From: Polyangiaceae bacterium
Lineage (GTDB): Bacteria > Myxococcota_A > Polyangia > Polyangiales > Polyangiaceae
DNA length: 64,000 nucleotides
Direction of reading: 5' to 3'
Assembly: GCA_044376115.1 (NCBI GenBank)
Contig: JBILLK010000032.1
Span: forward strand, 1 to 64,000
Numbering within the stretch: position 1 is the stretch's first letter; each line of letters opens with the position of its first letter. The position numbers were made by a program, and so were the translations under genes. Of the stretch, positions 8,261 to 16,757 are shown piece by piece. Below the pieces are notes generated by a model, which was not told the origin of the DNA, made no database searches, and worked only from the letters and a program-made list of their open reading frames with translations.

Positions 8261-9130
8261 ATGAGCCGACTCTTCGCCGTGATCAAGTCCGTGTGCGTAG
8301 TCGCTAGCGTCGCGTTCCTTGGCTGCGCGCCAGGTGGCGCTGAGACCGAGGATGAGGACTTCGCCGAGCAAGACTCGGAGCTGAGCGGGGTGGTCAAAGA
8401 GGGCGCCGTGCTCAAGGTTACGGCCTCGGCACTCAACCTCCGGAGCGGGCCGAGCACCAACAACCCGGTGCTCGAGGTATTGGCCAAGAACGAGCAGGTC
8501 ACCTGCGCGGCCGACAGCGGCGCGAATGGTTGGGTCAACGTGGTGACGTCATCAGGGGAAGAGGGCTGGGCCTCCGCTGGCTACCTCACGCAGATCGCTG
8601 CAGCGCCCGAAGAAGGCGGCGACACCAACGTCGACCCGACTGACTTTGGAACCTGTTCGCCCGAGCGCGCCGAAGGCGCCGTCGGTAACTACCAAAAGGC
8701 TTTGCACGACTCGATCGCCTTCGCCGAAGGCACGCTCGATTACTCGAAGGACGGCTACAACGTGCTGTTCGGCTTCAAGACGGTCAGCAGCTGCTCGTCG
8801 CACCCGAACAAGTGCCTCAAGTTCGGCAGCTCCTGTTCCACCGCGGCTGGCCGTTACCAGTTCCTGTACGACACCTGGAAGTCGGTCAAGAGCGCCAAGG
8901 GGCTCAGCAGCTTTGAGCCGGAGAACCAGGAGCGCGGTGGCGCCTACTTGATCGGGACCGTGCGCAAGGTGACCGTGCCGCAATCGCGCGCGATGACCGC
9001 GTCGGAGTTCTCCAACGCGATGAGCAAGCTTTCGTGGGAGTGGGCCTCGCTGCCGCCCGGTCGGTACGGTCAGCCCAACAAATCGCTGTCGCAGATGCGC
9101 GCGAAATACTGCAGCCTGGCTGGATGCTAA
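8261..9130 (+). CDS. Lipoprotein with SH3 domain and GH104 (lambda-lysozyme-like) muramidase domain
   Basis: Lipobox FLGC; SH3b (LNLRSGPST...GWVNV...GWAS); IAFAEGT with catalytic Glu, STAAGRYQF..TW, EWASLP. Confidence 0.88.
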   Translation: MSRLFAVIKSVCVVASVAFLGCAPGGAETEDEDFAEQDSELSGVVKEGAVLKVTASALNLRSGPSTNNPVLEVLAKNEQVTCAADSGANGWVNVVTSSGEEGWASAGYLTQIAAAPEEGGDTNVDPTDFGTCSPERAEGAVGNYQKALHDSIAFAEGTLDYSKDGYNVLFGFKTVSSCSSHPNKCLKFGSSCSTAAGRYQFLYDTWKSVKSAKGLSSFEPENQERGGAYLIGTVRKVTVPQSRAMTASEFSNAMSKLSWEWASLPPGRYGQPNKSLSQMRAKYCSLAGC

Positions 9131-10017
9131 AGAGCGAAGGGCCTTCCCCAACCGACGCACGGCGATCGCCCAAGTGGCTCCCGTGGCTCGGTGGGGCGGG
9201 TCTCATCGTCATCGTCGCGTTACTGGTCCTTCGCTCATCCGGGAACGCCCCCAAGCCGAGCAAGCCAACGAGCAGCGCAACCGTTTCAGCCGTCGTACTG
9301 GAGCGCCCGACCACGGCGCGCACGACACGAACGGCGACCGCGACGTCCTCGACCAAGCGCACTGCCCGAAGGGCCGCCGAGGAGCGCGCCGACGGCCCAA
9401 GCGAGGCCCTTCCGCAAGGCGGCCCCGACACACTCGGTCCGCTGAAAGCCGCCCAAGCCGATCCTTCCGAGCGTGGCACCGACGCGCTGATTGCAGCGCT
9501 CAAGAGCCCCGATGCGGTGGTCGTCGCCGAGGCGACAAAGACGCTGATCGAGCGGCGGGCCACCCGCGCGATCGATGCGCTCGCGGAGATCGAACTCAGC
9601 GATGCGGCCGGCAGCGGCCTCAGCATCATTGATGCGCTCGGCCGTCTGGGCGCCCTAGCCGACGGCGATGAGCGCACCCAAGCGGTGGAGCGCTTGCTCG
9701 CACAACTCGCTTCGGAGAAGCAACGAGCAGCGCCGGAGAGCCCCGGCAACCTGCTGCAACTCTATGAGGCGCTAGGTCGCACGGGGGATGCTCGCGCGGC
9801 CAAGGCGCTCGAACAGGAGCTCGTGGATCCAGAAGTCGGTCGCGCGCCGAAGGTGGTGATCGTGCAGTCGCTGGTGTGGCTTGCTCAAGCCAGCAGCCGC
9901 GCTGCACTCGAACAAGCCCGCAAGTACCAAGCAGAGACGCTCGCCACCGACGACTTCGATGCGGAGCTACGAAGCGAGCTGCTGGCCGCGATCGACGCGG
10001 CCCTCATGCTGTTTTAG
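9124..10017 (+). CDS. Membrane-anchored HEAT-repeat protein
   Basis: N-terminal TM helix, Thr/Ser linker, ALGRLG/ALGRTG helical repeats. Overlaps the lysozyme stop. Confidence 0.7.
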   Translation: MLKSEGPSPTDARRSPKWLPWLGGAGLIVIVALLVLRSSGNAPKPSKPTSSATVSAVVLERPTTARTTRTATATSSTKRTARRAAEERADGPSEALPQGGPDTLGPLKAAQADPSERGTDALIAALKSPDAVVVAEATKTLIERRATRAIDALAEIELSDAAGSGLSIIDALGRLGALADGDERTQAVERLLAQLASEKQRAAPESPGNLLQLYEALGRTGDARAAKALEQELVDPEVGRAPKVVIVQSLVWLAQASSRAALEQARKYQAETLATDDFDAELRSELLAAIDAALMLF

Positions 10018-10047
10018 GTGGCCTGCTTCGCTCGTCGCTAGCGTCGC

Positions 10048-10755
10048 TCAGGCGAAGACGTCGCTGAAGAATCGCTGCATCGCGAGCCACGAGCGCTTGT
10101 CCGCCTCAGCGTTGTAGAGGAGCCCCATGCTGGCGTCGCCGGCCTGCGGGTTGGTGAAAGCGTGTTGCACCCCGGCGTAGGCCTCGAGCGACCAATTGGC
10201 GTTTATTCGCTTCATCTCCTCAGCGAAGCTACCAACGTCGGCGGGCGGGGCCATAGGGTCATCTTGACCGTGAAGCACCAGGATGCGCGCCTTCGCCTTG
10301 GCTTCGAGTTGCTCACCGATCTTCAACAGGCCGTGAAAGCTCACCACGCCGCGTTGAGCCAGCCCCATGCGGGCGGTCAGAATCGAGCACATCCCGCCAA
10401 AGCAGAAGCCGATCGTTCCAAGCCGATCGCGATCGACGCCAGGCAGCGCGCTCACGGCTTCAAATGCAGCAGCGAGCCGCTTGCGCAAGCTCACCGGATC
10501 ATTGACCAGCGGCATCATCAGCGCCTGGCACGAGGCTGTGTCGTGGCCGCGCTTACCTACGCCGTACACGTCAATCGCCGCACCGATGTAGCCGAGCTCC
10601 GCGAGCGCCTTGGCTTTGCCTTCGGCGAATGCGTCGCGCCCGCCCCAGGCGTGGCAAACCATGACCAAAGGATGCGGGCCAGCACCGCTCGGCCGCGCGA
10701 TGAAGGCATCAAAGGTATTCCCCGACTCTGTGTACGAGACCAGCTCTTGACTCAT
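10048..10755 (-). CDS. Dienelactone hydrolase family protein
   Basis: GFCFGG nucleophile motif, HGQDDP, HAFTNP. Confidence 0.92.
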   Translation of the reverse strand: MSQELVSYTESGNTFDAFIARPSGAGPHPLVMVCHAWGGRDAFAEGKAKALAELGYIGAAIDVYGVGKRGHDTASCQALMMPLVNDPVSLRKRLAAAFEAVSALPGVDRDRLGTIGFCFGGMCSILTARMGLAQRGVVSFHGLLKIGEQLEAKAKARILVLHGQDDPMAPPADVGSFAEEMKRINANWSLEAYAGVQHAFTNPQAGDASMGLLYNAEADKRSWLAMQRFFSDVFA

Positions 10756-10839
10756 GGCCGGGATACTAGCTCGCTTGCTTGGACCTGCACGACCTAGCGA
10801 GCCCAACCTTGCGGAAGTCCGCGCACAGATTGCAACGAG

Positions 10840-11259
10840 CTAGCCGCCAGCCTTCGCCATGCAGGCGCCGAAGGTCTCACAGCTTTGTTGTTGCAAGCAT
10901 TGCGAGGCGGCCTCGAGCGCCTTTTGGTCCTCTTCGGCGGACCCCCCAGTTCCACAGGTCTGTTCGCAGCTTGCGCGCACGTTGGCAGCATCATCACGGG
11001 CTTGATCACGCAGTTTGATCTCGGCGGGCGTGCCCTTGATCGCCTTCTCCACCTCCTCGACTCCGCAAGCAGCGGCACGCTCGCAAGCCTGCTTGCAATA
11101 GTCCTTCTGCGTGGGCCCCGAGGGGCCGCGCGCTGGCCGGGCAAGCGACCGCTCGGCCTGCGCCGAAACGCCGTCCTTCGATTCGTTGCAGGCTGGCAAC
11201 GCACAAGCAGCAACGGCTGCGCAAAGGAACCAACCGCGGGCTCGATGGGCGTAGTGCAT
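10840..11259 (-). CDS. Cys-rich lipoprotein, hypothetical
   Basis: Lipobox LPAC; CxxxCxxxxxC...CxxxC...CxxxxxCxxxxxC pattern. Confidence 0.65.
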   Translation of the reverse strand: MHYAHRARGWFLCAAVAACALPACNESKDGVSAQAERSLARPARGPSGPTQKDYCKQACERAAACGVEEVEKAIKGTPAEIKLRDQARDDAANVRASCEQTCGTGGSAEEDQKALEAASQCLQQQSCETFGACMAKAGG

Positions 11260-11348
11260 TGGGCGACGAGACACCGGCCTTTCGAGCAAGTTCCCGTTCA
11301 GGAGAATTGTGGGAACCATCGGCGCGCACGGCTGTCGCTGATGGACCG

Positions 11349-12155
11349 ATGAACAACAAGGTCCTCGTGCGCGGGTTGGCCCTAGCGGGTCTTTTGGGAT
11401 CAATCGCGATGAGCCAAGGTGAGGCCGAGGCCTGCCACAACTCAACCGTCGCGCGCGTGGATCCGGCCGTGGCGATGCTCAAGGAGGCAGAGCGTCTCGT
11501 GGATAACGGCAATCCCAAAGACGCGGTCTCCTGGGTACACACCGCCTATCCTGGCGCGGCGTCGAAAGCCCCCGGAGCTGGCCTGCTTTCAGATAAGGCG
11601 CTGTCGGTGCTCGCGCGCGCTACCTTGCGAAGCGACGGACAGCTCGCCCCACGGCCACCCAAGAACGGCGACGCACAACCGAGCCGGCAGGAGAACCTGC
11701 GCTGGGCGGTTGAAACGGTGCAGGCGCTCGAAAAGACGCACAGCGATGACCCGGTTTACGCCGCTATGCTCGGAGAGGCGCTGTCCGTCGTTCCCGCTCA
11801 ACGCGGTGAAGCCTTCCGGGTATTGCAGCGTCTCGAGAAGGCCGACATCGTCGCGTCGCCGTTCAGCTACGCAGCGTTAGCGCGGCTGCGAGCCAACGCT
11901 GGTGAAGGCAAGCCCGCCGTCGTTCGCGGGCCGCTGCTCGCGATGAGCGCGGGCATGCAGAAGCTGGCGAAGTTACGCTGCGAAACCATGTCGGGCGACC
12001 CCGGGCTATGCGAGGGGAAGCCGTCGAAGCCTGCGGTTCCCAACGTCAATGTTCGACTGGCCGCTTACGCAGCTCGCGACGCGGCGGACGCAATCAACTC
12101 CTTTGTCACCGGCAACATCCACGTCACCGGGCGTCGCAGTTCGCGCTCCCAATGA
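11349..12155 (+). CDS. Secreted helical hypothetical protein
   Basis: Signal peptide ending AEA-C; GC-typical codon use. Confidence 0.7.
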   Translation: MNNKVLVRGLALAGLLGSIAMSQGEAEACHNSTVARVDPAVAMLKEAERLVDNGNPKDAVSWVHTAYPGAASKAPGAGLLSDKALSVLARATLRSDGQLAPRPPKNGDAQPSRQENLRWAVETVQALEKTHSDDPVYAAMLGEALSVVPAQRGEAFRVLQRLEKADIVASPFSYAALARLRANAGEGKPAVVRGPLLAMSAGMQKLAKLRCETMSGDPGLCEGKPSKPAVPNVNVRLAAYAARDAADAINSFVTGNIHVTGRRSSRSQ

Positions 12156-12163
12156 CGAGTCGC

Positions 12164-12727
12164 TCAGGGCGGAAGCCGCCGCACCTTCTCAAGCGTCGCT
12201 AGGTACTCGTCGATCAAGCGGTGCGTCGGTAGCGCCGAGGCCTTCTCGGCCAAGGCGTCAAAGCGTTCGAGTTGGGCCTCGCGACCGCGTTTAAACATCG
12301 GCCAGGGGTTACCGTGATCGGCCGCGCATACGAGAATCGAAAGGAAGTTATCGATCTTGTCGGCCAGCGAGATGGCCTGCGCGTCCCATGGTTTGCGGCC
12401 AAAGTTCTCGATGTACGCGTGCTTGCGTTGTTCCCAGCTGAGCGTCTTGTCGGCCTCGGAGACGTGGCGCACGAGTTCGGCCACACGCGCGCCAAACTCG
12501 GCCTCGAGGCTCTCGCTCGTCGCGCCACAATCCTCAATCACGTCGTGTAGCGCGCCAGCCGCGAGCACCTCCTCATCGAACTGATGACGAGCAAGCACCG
12601 AAACCACACCGGCGACGTGGCTTACGTACGGCACGCTGACGCCCGGGTATTTCCGACTCTGGCCTTGATGCAGAACAGCCGCCCGATCGAACGCACGCTT
12701 CAAGAGCTCGCCGGGTAGCGGATTCAT
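12164..12727 (-). CDS. HD-domain protein, Mesh1/small alarmone hydrolase-like
   Basis: HQGQSRK, PYVSH, LHDVIED, FGARVAELV, LADKIDN. Confidence 0.88.
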   Translation of the reverse strand: MNPLPGELLKRAFDRAAVLHQGQSRKYPGVSVPYVSHVAGVVSVLARHQFDEEVLAAGALHDVIEDCGATSESLEAEFGARVAELVRHVSEADKTLSWEQRKHAYIENFGRKPWDAQAISLADKIDNFLSILVCAADHGNPWPMFKRGREAQLERFDALAEKASALPTHRLIDEYLATLEKVRRLPP

Positions 12728-12729
12728 GC

Positions 12730-14076
12730 TCAGCCTTCCTGATCGCTCTTTGACCCGATGCCGTGGCGACGAAGGTAGGCGCGAACGTGGGCGCGCTCCA
12801 TGCCAGCGCGACGAGCCATCTCCGAGACGTTGCCTTTGGAGTCATCAGCCAACGCCGCGAAGTAGTCGCGCTCGAAGCGCGCTAGAACGTCCCGCTTGGC
12901 CTCTTGGAACGGCCGGCCTCGGAAGGACATGGCGATGTTGCCAGCCCCAGCGGAGGTGGCAGCCGGCCCTTCGGATAGAGCGCCGAGGTGGGCGGCGACG
13001 TCGATCTCTTCGTCGTCGGTGTTGAGCGCGAAGGCCACAGCGACCGCGTTGCGCAGCTCACGAACGTTGCCCGGCCAGTCGTGGCGCATCAGTCGCTCGA
13101 GAGTCGTCGTCGAGACGCGCTCGTAGGCGGCTTCATCGCCGAGATCCTTCAACATCCGTCGGACGAGGACGGGGATATCCTCGAGACGCTGACGCAGCGC
13201 CATCATCTCGATCTTCACCTGTGCGACGCGGAAATAAAGATCGCTTCGGAAGGTGCCGGCGTTCACCGCCCGCACCAGATCGCGACGGGTAGCCGCCAAC
13301 ACACGCACGTCCACTTCGCGATAGTTCGAGCCACCGACGCTCTTGACGCGCCGCTCGGCGAGCGCGCGCAGCAGCTTCGGTTGAACCTCCAGCGGCAGCT
13401 CACCAAGCTCGTCCAGGAAGATGGTTCCACCCGCCGCTTCTTCAAACGGTGAGAGTCGCTTGTCGACGGCGCCGGTGAAGGCACCGCGCTCGTGACCGAA
13501 CAACGTTGCTTCGGCCAGGGTCGGCGGAATCGAGCCGCAGTCCACCACCACGAAGGGCTTCTTCGCGCGGTTCGACGCCAGGTGGATCGCCTGGGCGACG
13601 AGCTCTTTACCGGTGCCGGTTTCACCCTGAATCAGCACCGTTAGGTCGGTCGGCGAGACCTTCGACAGGCGGTCGAAGATGGCGCGCATCGGCGGGCTCT
13701 GACCGACCAACGGACCGAACTGCGGAATGGCCGGAATGGCGACCTTCTCCGGTCGCATCGCCTCGAACAAAACCTCCGTCTCGCCGAGCCGCACCTTGGT
13801 GTTGGCCGACAAGAAGACGTCGCCCACGCGTACACCACCAACCCAGGTTCCGTTGCGGCTGCCCAGATCGCGAAGCCGTACACCGAACGGCGTGGCCACG
13901 AACTCCGCATGCACCGCGCTGACCTTGCCGTCGTCGACGACGATCTGACATGCGGCGTTGCGCCCAACGATCACCGGCTCGGTGCCGACGTCCTGCCAAT
14001 CTCCCTTTGCGACGCGGATTCGACCACCCCGAACCTCGAGGCGAGTTTTCGATCCAGCAACCGTTGCATCCAACAC
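12730..14076 (-). CDS. FHA-domain sigma54-dependent transcriptional activator
   Basis: FHA (VGR, VSAVH, GSRNGT), GETGTGKE, GAFTGA, WPGNVRELRN, HTH. Confidence 0.93.
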   Translation of the reverse strand: MLDATVAGSKTRLEVRGGRIRVAKGDWQDVGTEPVIVGRNAACQIVVDDGKVSAVHAEFVATPFGVRLRDLGSRNGTWVGGVRVGDVFLSANTKVRLGETEVLFEAMRPEKVAIPAIPQFGPLVGQSPPMRAIFDRLSKVSPTDLTVLIQGETGTGKELVAQAIHLASNRAKKPFVVVDCGSIPPTLAEATLFGHERGAFTGAVDKRLSPFEEAAGGTIFLDELGELPLEVQPKLLRALAERRVKSVGGSNYREVDVRVLAATRRDLVRAVNAGTFRSDLYFRVAQVKIEMMALRQRLEDIPVLVRRMLKDLGDEAAYERVSTTTLERLMRHDWPGNVRELRNAVAVAFALNTDDEEIDVAAHLGALSEGPAATSAGAGNIAMSFRGRPFQEAKRDVLARFERDYFAALADDSKGNVSEMARRAGMERAHVRAYLRRHGIGSKSDQEG

Positions 14077-15216
14077 CTAGCGGCCTCCTTGCTTACGTTG
14101 GCCCGTCCGAGGACTGCGGGGCCTTCCCGGGGACTCGCGCGGCGGTCGTGTCGAGCCCTCGTTTGAACCAGTCATTGTGGGTGGAGAGTCGTCCACCTCC
14201 GTCGGCATGTCCTCGTGAAACCCACCGCTCGTCCCCGCAAACGTGAAGGCTTGCATGGGAGGAGCTGGCACCGACTTGGGCTTGACCCCACCGCGAGAAG
14301 AAGGCCGCACCGCAGGAAACCCAGCGTGTGAAGGTGGCAGCATCACGCGCGTGATGTTCCCAGGCTGCGCTGCCCGCCAAGCCTTGAGTGCCTCCTCGGC
14401 CGTGGCGAAGCGCGCCTCGCGAGCTTTGGCCAGCGCCTTCTCCAAAAACCGCTCCACTCCGCCGGGCCACTTTTCACCAGTGGCTTCCTCCAGCGAAGGA
14501 GCGTTGCGATCCAACTTCAACGACACGAGCACTGCAGCGCTCGTGCCCTCGAACGGAAGTCGGCCAGCAAGAGCCCTGAACGCGACCGCACCCACCGCGT
14601 AGATATCCGCGCGCTCATCGGCGCGAGCGGCGCCGCGAATCTGCTCGGGCGCCATGTACGCGAACGAGCCCAGCGTCGCGTCGAAGGCCGTGAGCGTCGG
14701 TTCTTCCTTCTTGTGGCCGGTGATCTTCGAGATGCCAAAATCTAGGATTTTGCCGCGCTCGGGACGCTCCTGCGAGCTCGTGCGTTCGACGAAAATGTTA
14801 CCTGGCTTCAAATCGCGATGAATCACGCCGACTGCGTGAGCAGCGCCGAGGCCCTGCAAAACGTCGTCGATGATCGGCCCTACCTCGGATAGCGGCAGGT
14901 ACTGCTCGCGTTTGAGACGGTCGGAGAGCGACTCACCGGTGAGGTGCTCGAACACCAGCAAGGTGGTCCCGTCTTCACTGCGCGTGACGTCGAGCAGCTG
15001 ACAGACGAAGGGGCTCTTGATCGAGCTCGTGATCTTGGCCTCGCGCTCGAAACGCCGGACCAGATCCGGCTTCATGGCGGCGCGTTGGAGCAGGACCTTG
15101 ATCGCGACTTCACGTCGGCGATCGTCGACCGCAGCCCACACCTCACCCATGCCGCCCCGTCCGAGCAAACGGGTGACGCGATAACCAGCTAGTTCGTCTC
15201 CGGGGTGGATCGCCAC
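14077..15216 (-). CDS. Ser/Thr protein kinase (cytoplasmic)
   Basis: GRGGMG, VAIK, HRDLKPGN, DFG, YMAPE; no TM segment. Confidence 0.95.
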   Translation of the reverse strand: MAIHPGDELAGYRVTRLLGRGGMGEVWAAVDDRRREVAIKVLLQRAAMKPDLVRRFEREAKITSSIKSPFVCQLLDVTRSEDGTTLLVFEHLTGESLSDRLKREQYLPLSEVGPIIDDVLQGLGAAHAVGVIHRDLKPGNIFVERTSSQERPERGKILDFGISKITGHKKEEPTLTAFDATLGSFAYMAPEQIRGAARADERADIYAVGAVAFRALAGRLPFEGTSAAVLVSLKLDRNAPSLEEATGEKWPGGVERFLEKALAKAREARFATAEEALKAWRAAQPGNITRVMLPPSHAGFPAVRPSSRGGVKPKSVPAPPMQAFTFAGTSGGFHEDMPTEVDDSPPTMTGSNEGSTRPPRESPGRPRSPRTGQRKQGGR

Positions 15217-15300
15217 GAATCCTGGATCGGCAAGGTACCGGCAAAAGGCTCAAGAAGAGAACAAGAAAAAAATTGTGACCTCGGTGTAGTCTCCCGGCCC

Positions 15301-15708
15301 ATGCCTGGAAGCCTTGAGGACGTCGAAAACTACCTGATCAAGCTCGGACGAAAGTACGAGAAGACCACGGCGGCTACTCCGGAAGACGCGACGCTGCTGG
15401 TCCACGCTTCGGGAGGCGGGACCTTGATCGCGCTCCGCGCGATCGCACCCATCCTCGCGATCCACGTGGAGATCGGCCCTGAGCCCACCACCGACGCACG
15501 TCGACTCGCTTTGTACCGCCGCTTGCTCGAACTCAACGCCGAGGACCTGATGCACGCGGCCTACGGCCTCGAAAACGGACGCGTGGTTTTGTCGGCGGCG
15601 CTCGCGCTCGAGAACCTCGATGCGAACGAGGTGGAGGCGACGCTGAGCGACATCGATCTCGCGCTCGCTCGCCACACCGAGAGCCTTACGCACCTCGCGC
15701 GGGACTAG
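15301..15708 (+). CDS. CesT/YbjN-like chaperone-fold protein
   Basis: LYRRLLELNA..LMHAAYGLE...LENLDANE pattern; upstream of pspA. Confidence 0.75.
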   Translation: MPGSLEDVENYLIKLGRKYEKTTAATPEDATLLVHASGGGTLIALRAIAPILAIHVEIGPEPTTDARRLALYRRLLELNAEDLMHAAYGLENGRVVLSAALALENLDANEVEATLSDIDLALARHTESLTHLARD

Positions 15709-15815
15709 GGAGCAGCGCCGTATCGAACGGCGGTTCACGCATGCTAACTTCCTCGTCTGTGTTGGCGGGGTAACCTTGACCGAGCCCAACGGCTCGCTAC
15801 CTAGGTAAGGAATCG

Positions 15816-16661
15816 ATGGGAATCTTTGCACGGCTGGCCAGCCTCATCAAAAGCAACCTGAACGATCTCATCTCCAAGTCGGAAGACCCGGAGAAGATGC
15901 TGAACCAGGTCGTCATCGACATGCGTCAGCAACTGGACGAGGCGAAAAAGCAGGTCGCTGTCTCGATCGCGGATGAGAAGCGGCTGGCAAAACAAGCCGA
16001 GCAAGAAGTAGCCAACGCCGCCGAGTGGGAGCGTCGAGCGATGCTCGCCATCAAGGCCGGGGATGACTCGCTGGCCAAGGAGGCGTTGCAGCGTAAGAAG
16101 GAGCACGACAACCTCGCCAACACCTTCAAGGATCAATGGCAGAAGCAGAAGAACGCCGTCGATCAGCTGAAGATGGCGCTGCGTTTGCTCAACGACAAGA
16201 TCGAGGAGGCGCAACGCAAGAAGAACGTGCTGCTCGCGCGCAAGAAGCGGGCGGAGGCGCAGAAGGCCATCCAAGAGACGATGTCGGGCCTCAACAACGC
16301 TTCGGCGTTCGAGACCTTCGATCGCATGGCCAGCAAGATCGACCAGATGGAGGCCGAGGCCGAGGCCAGCGCCGAACTGCAAGAGCAGTACACAGGGGAC
16401 TCGCTCGCGCATAAGTTCAATCAACTCGAGGCCAAGGCCGGTGCCGACGACGACCTGGCCGCCTTGAAGCGAAAGATGGGCTTGGCACCGCCCGAGCCAC
16501 CGAAGGCACCGCCGCCGCAGGTTCGCGTTCAAGCCCCGGCGCAACGAGCCGACGCTGCGCCGATCGAGGAGATTTCAGCTGCAGAGCAGGATGAGCTGGC
16601 CGCTGCGCTCGCCGAGTTGGAGGCAGAAGAGCAGCGTGAGCAGGCTCGAATGAAGCGCTGA
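15816..16661 (+). CDS. pspA: PspA/IM30 family protein
   Basis: MGIFARLASLIKSNLNDLISKSEDPEKML..., coiled coil, AFETFDRMASKI. Confidence 0.95.
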   Translation: MGIFARLASLIKSNLNDLISKSEDPEKMLNQVVIDMRQQLDEAKKQVAVSIADEKRLAKQAEQEVANAAEWERRAMLAIKAGDDSLAKEALQRKKEHDNLANTFKDQWQKQKNAVDQLKMALRLLNDKIEEAQRKKNVLLARKKRAEAQKAIQETMSGLNNASAFETFDRMASKIDQMEAEAEASAELQEQYTGDSLAHKFNQLEAKAGADDDLAALKRKMGLAPPEPPKAPPPQVRVQAPAQRADAAPIEEISAAEQDELAAALAELEAEEQREQARMKR

Positions 16662-16685
16662 GCCGAAGGTTTGGTGCTTGTACCG

Positions 16686-16721
16686 GGCCCGGGGTTTCTC
16701 CGCTCGGGCCTTGTTGTTTTT
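16686..16721 (+). terminator. Rho-independent terminator after pspA
   Basis: GGCCCGGG...CTCGGGCC stem followed by TTGTTGTTTTT. Confidence 0.7.
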
Positions 16722-16757
16722 GGAACGAACCTCGCGCAGTATCGTCCATCACGTCCC

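Noticed and set aside
8261..9130. Prophage endolysin
   Set aside because: It has a lipobox and SH3 domain, and there are no holin, spanin or other phage genes nearby.
15760..15810. Sigma54 promoter for pspA
   Set aside because: TTGGCGGGGTAACCTTGAC lacks GG-N10-GC spacing.
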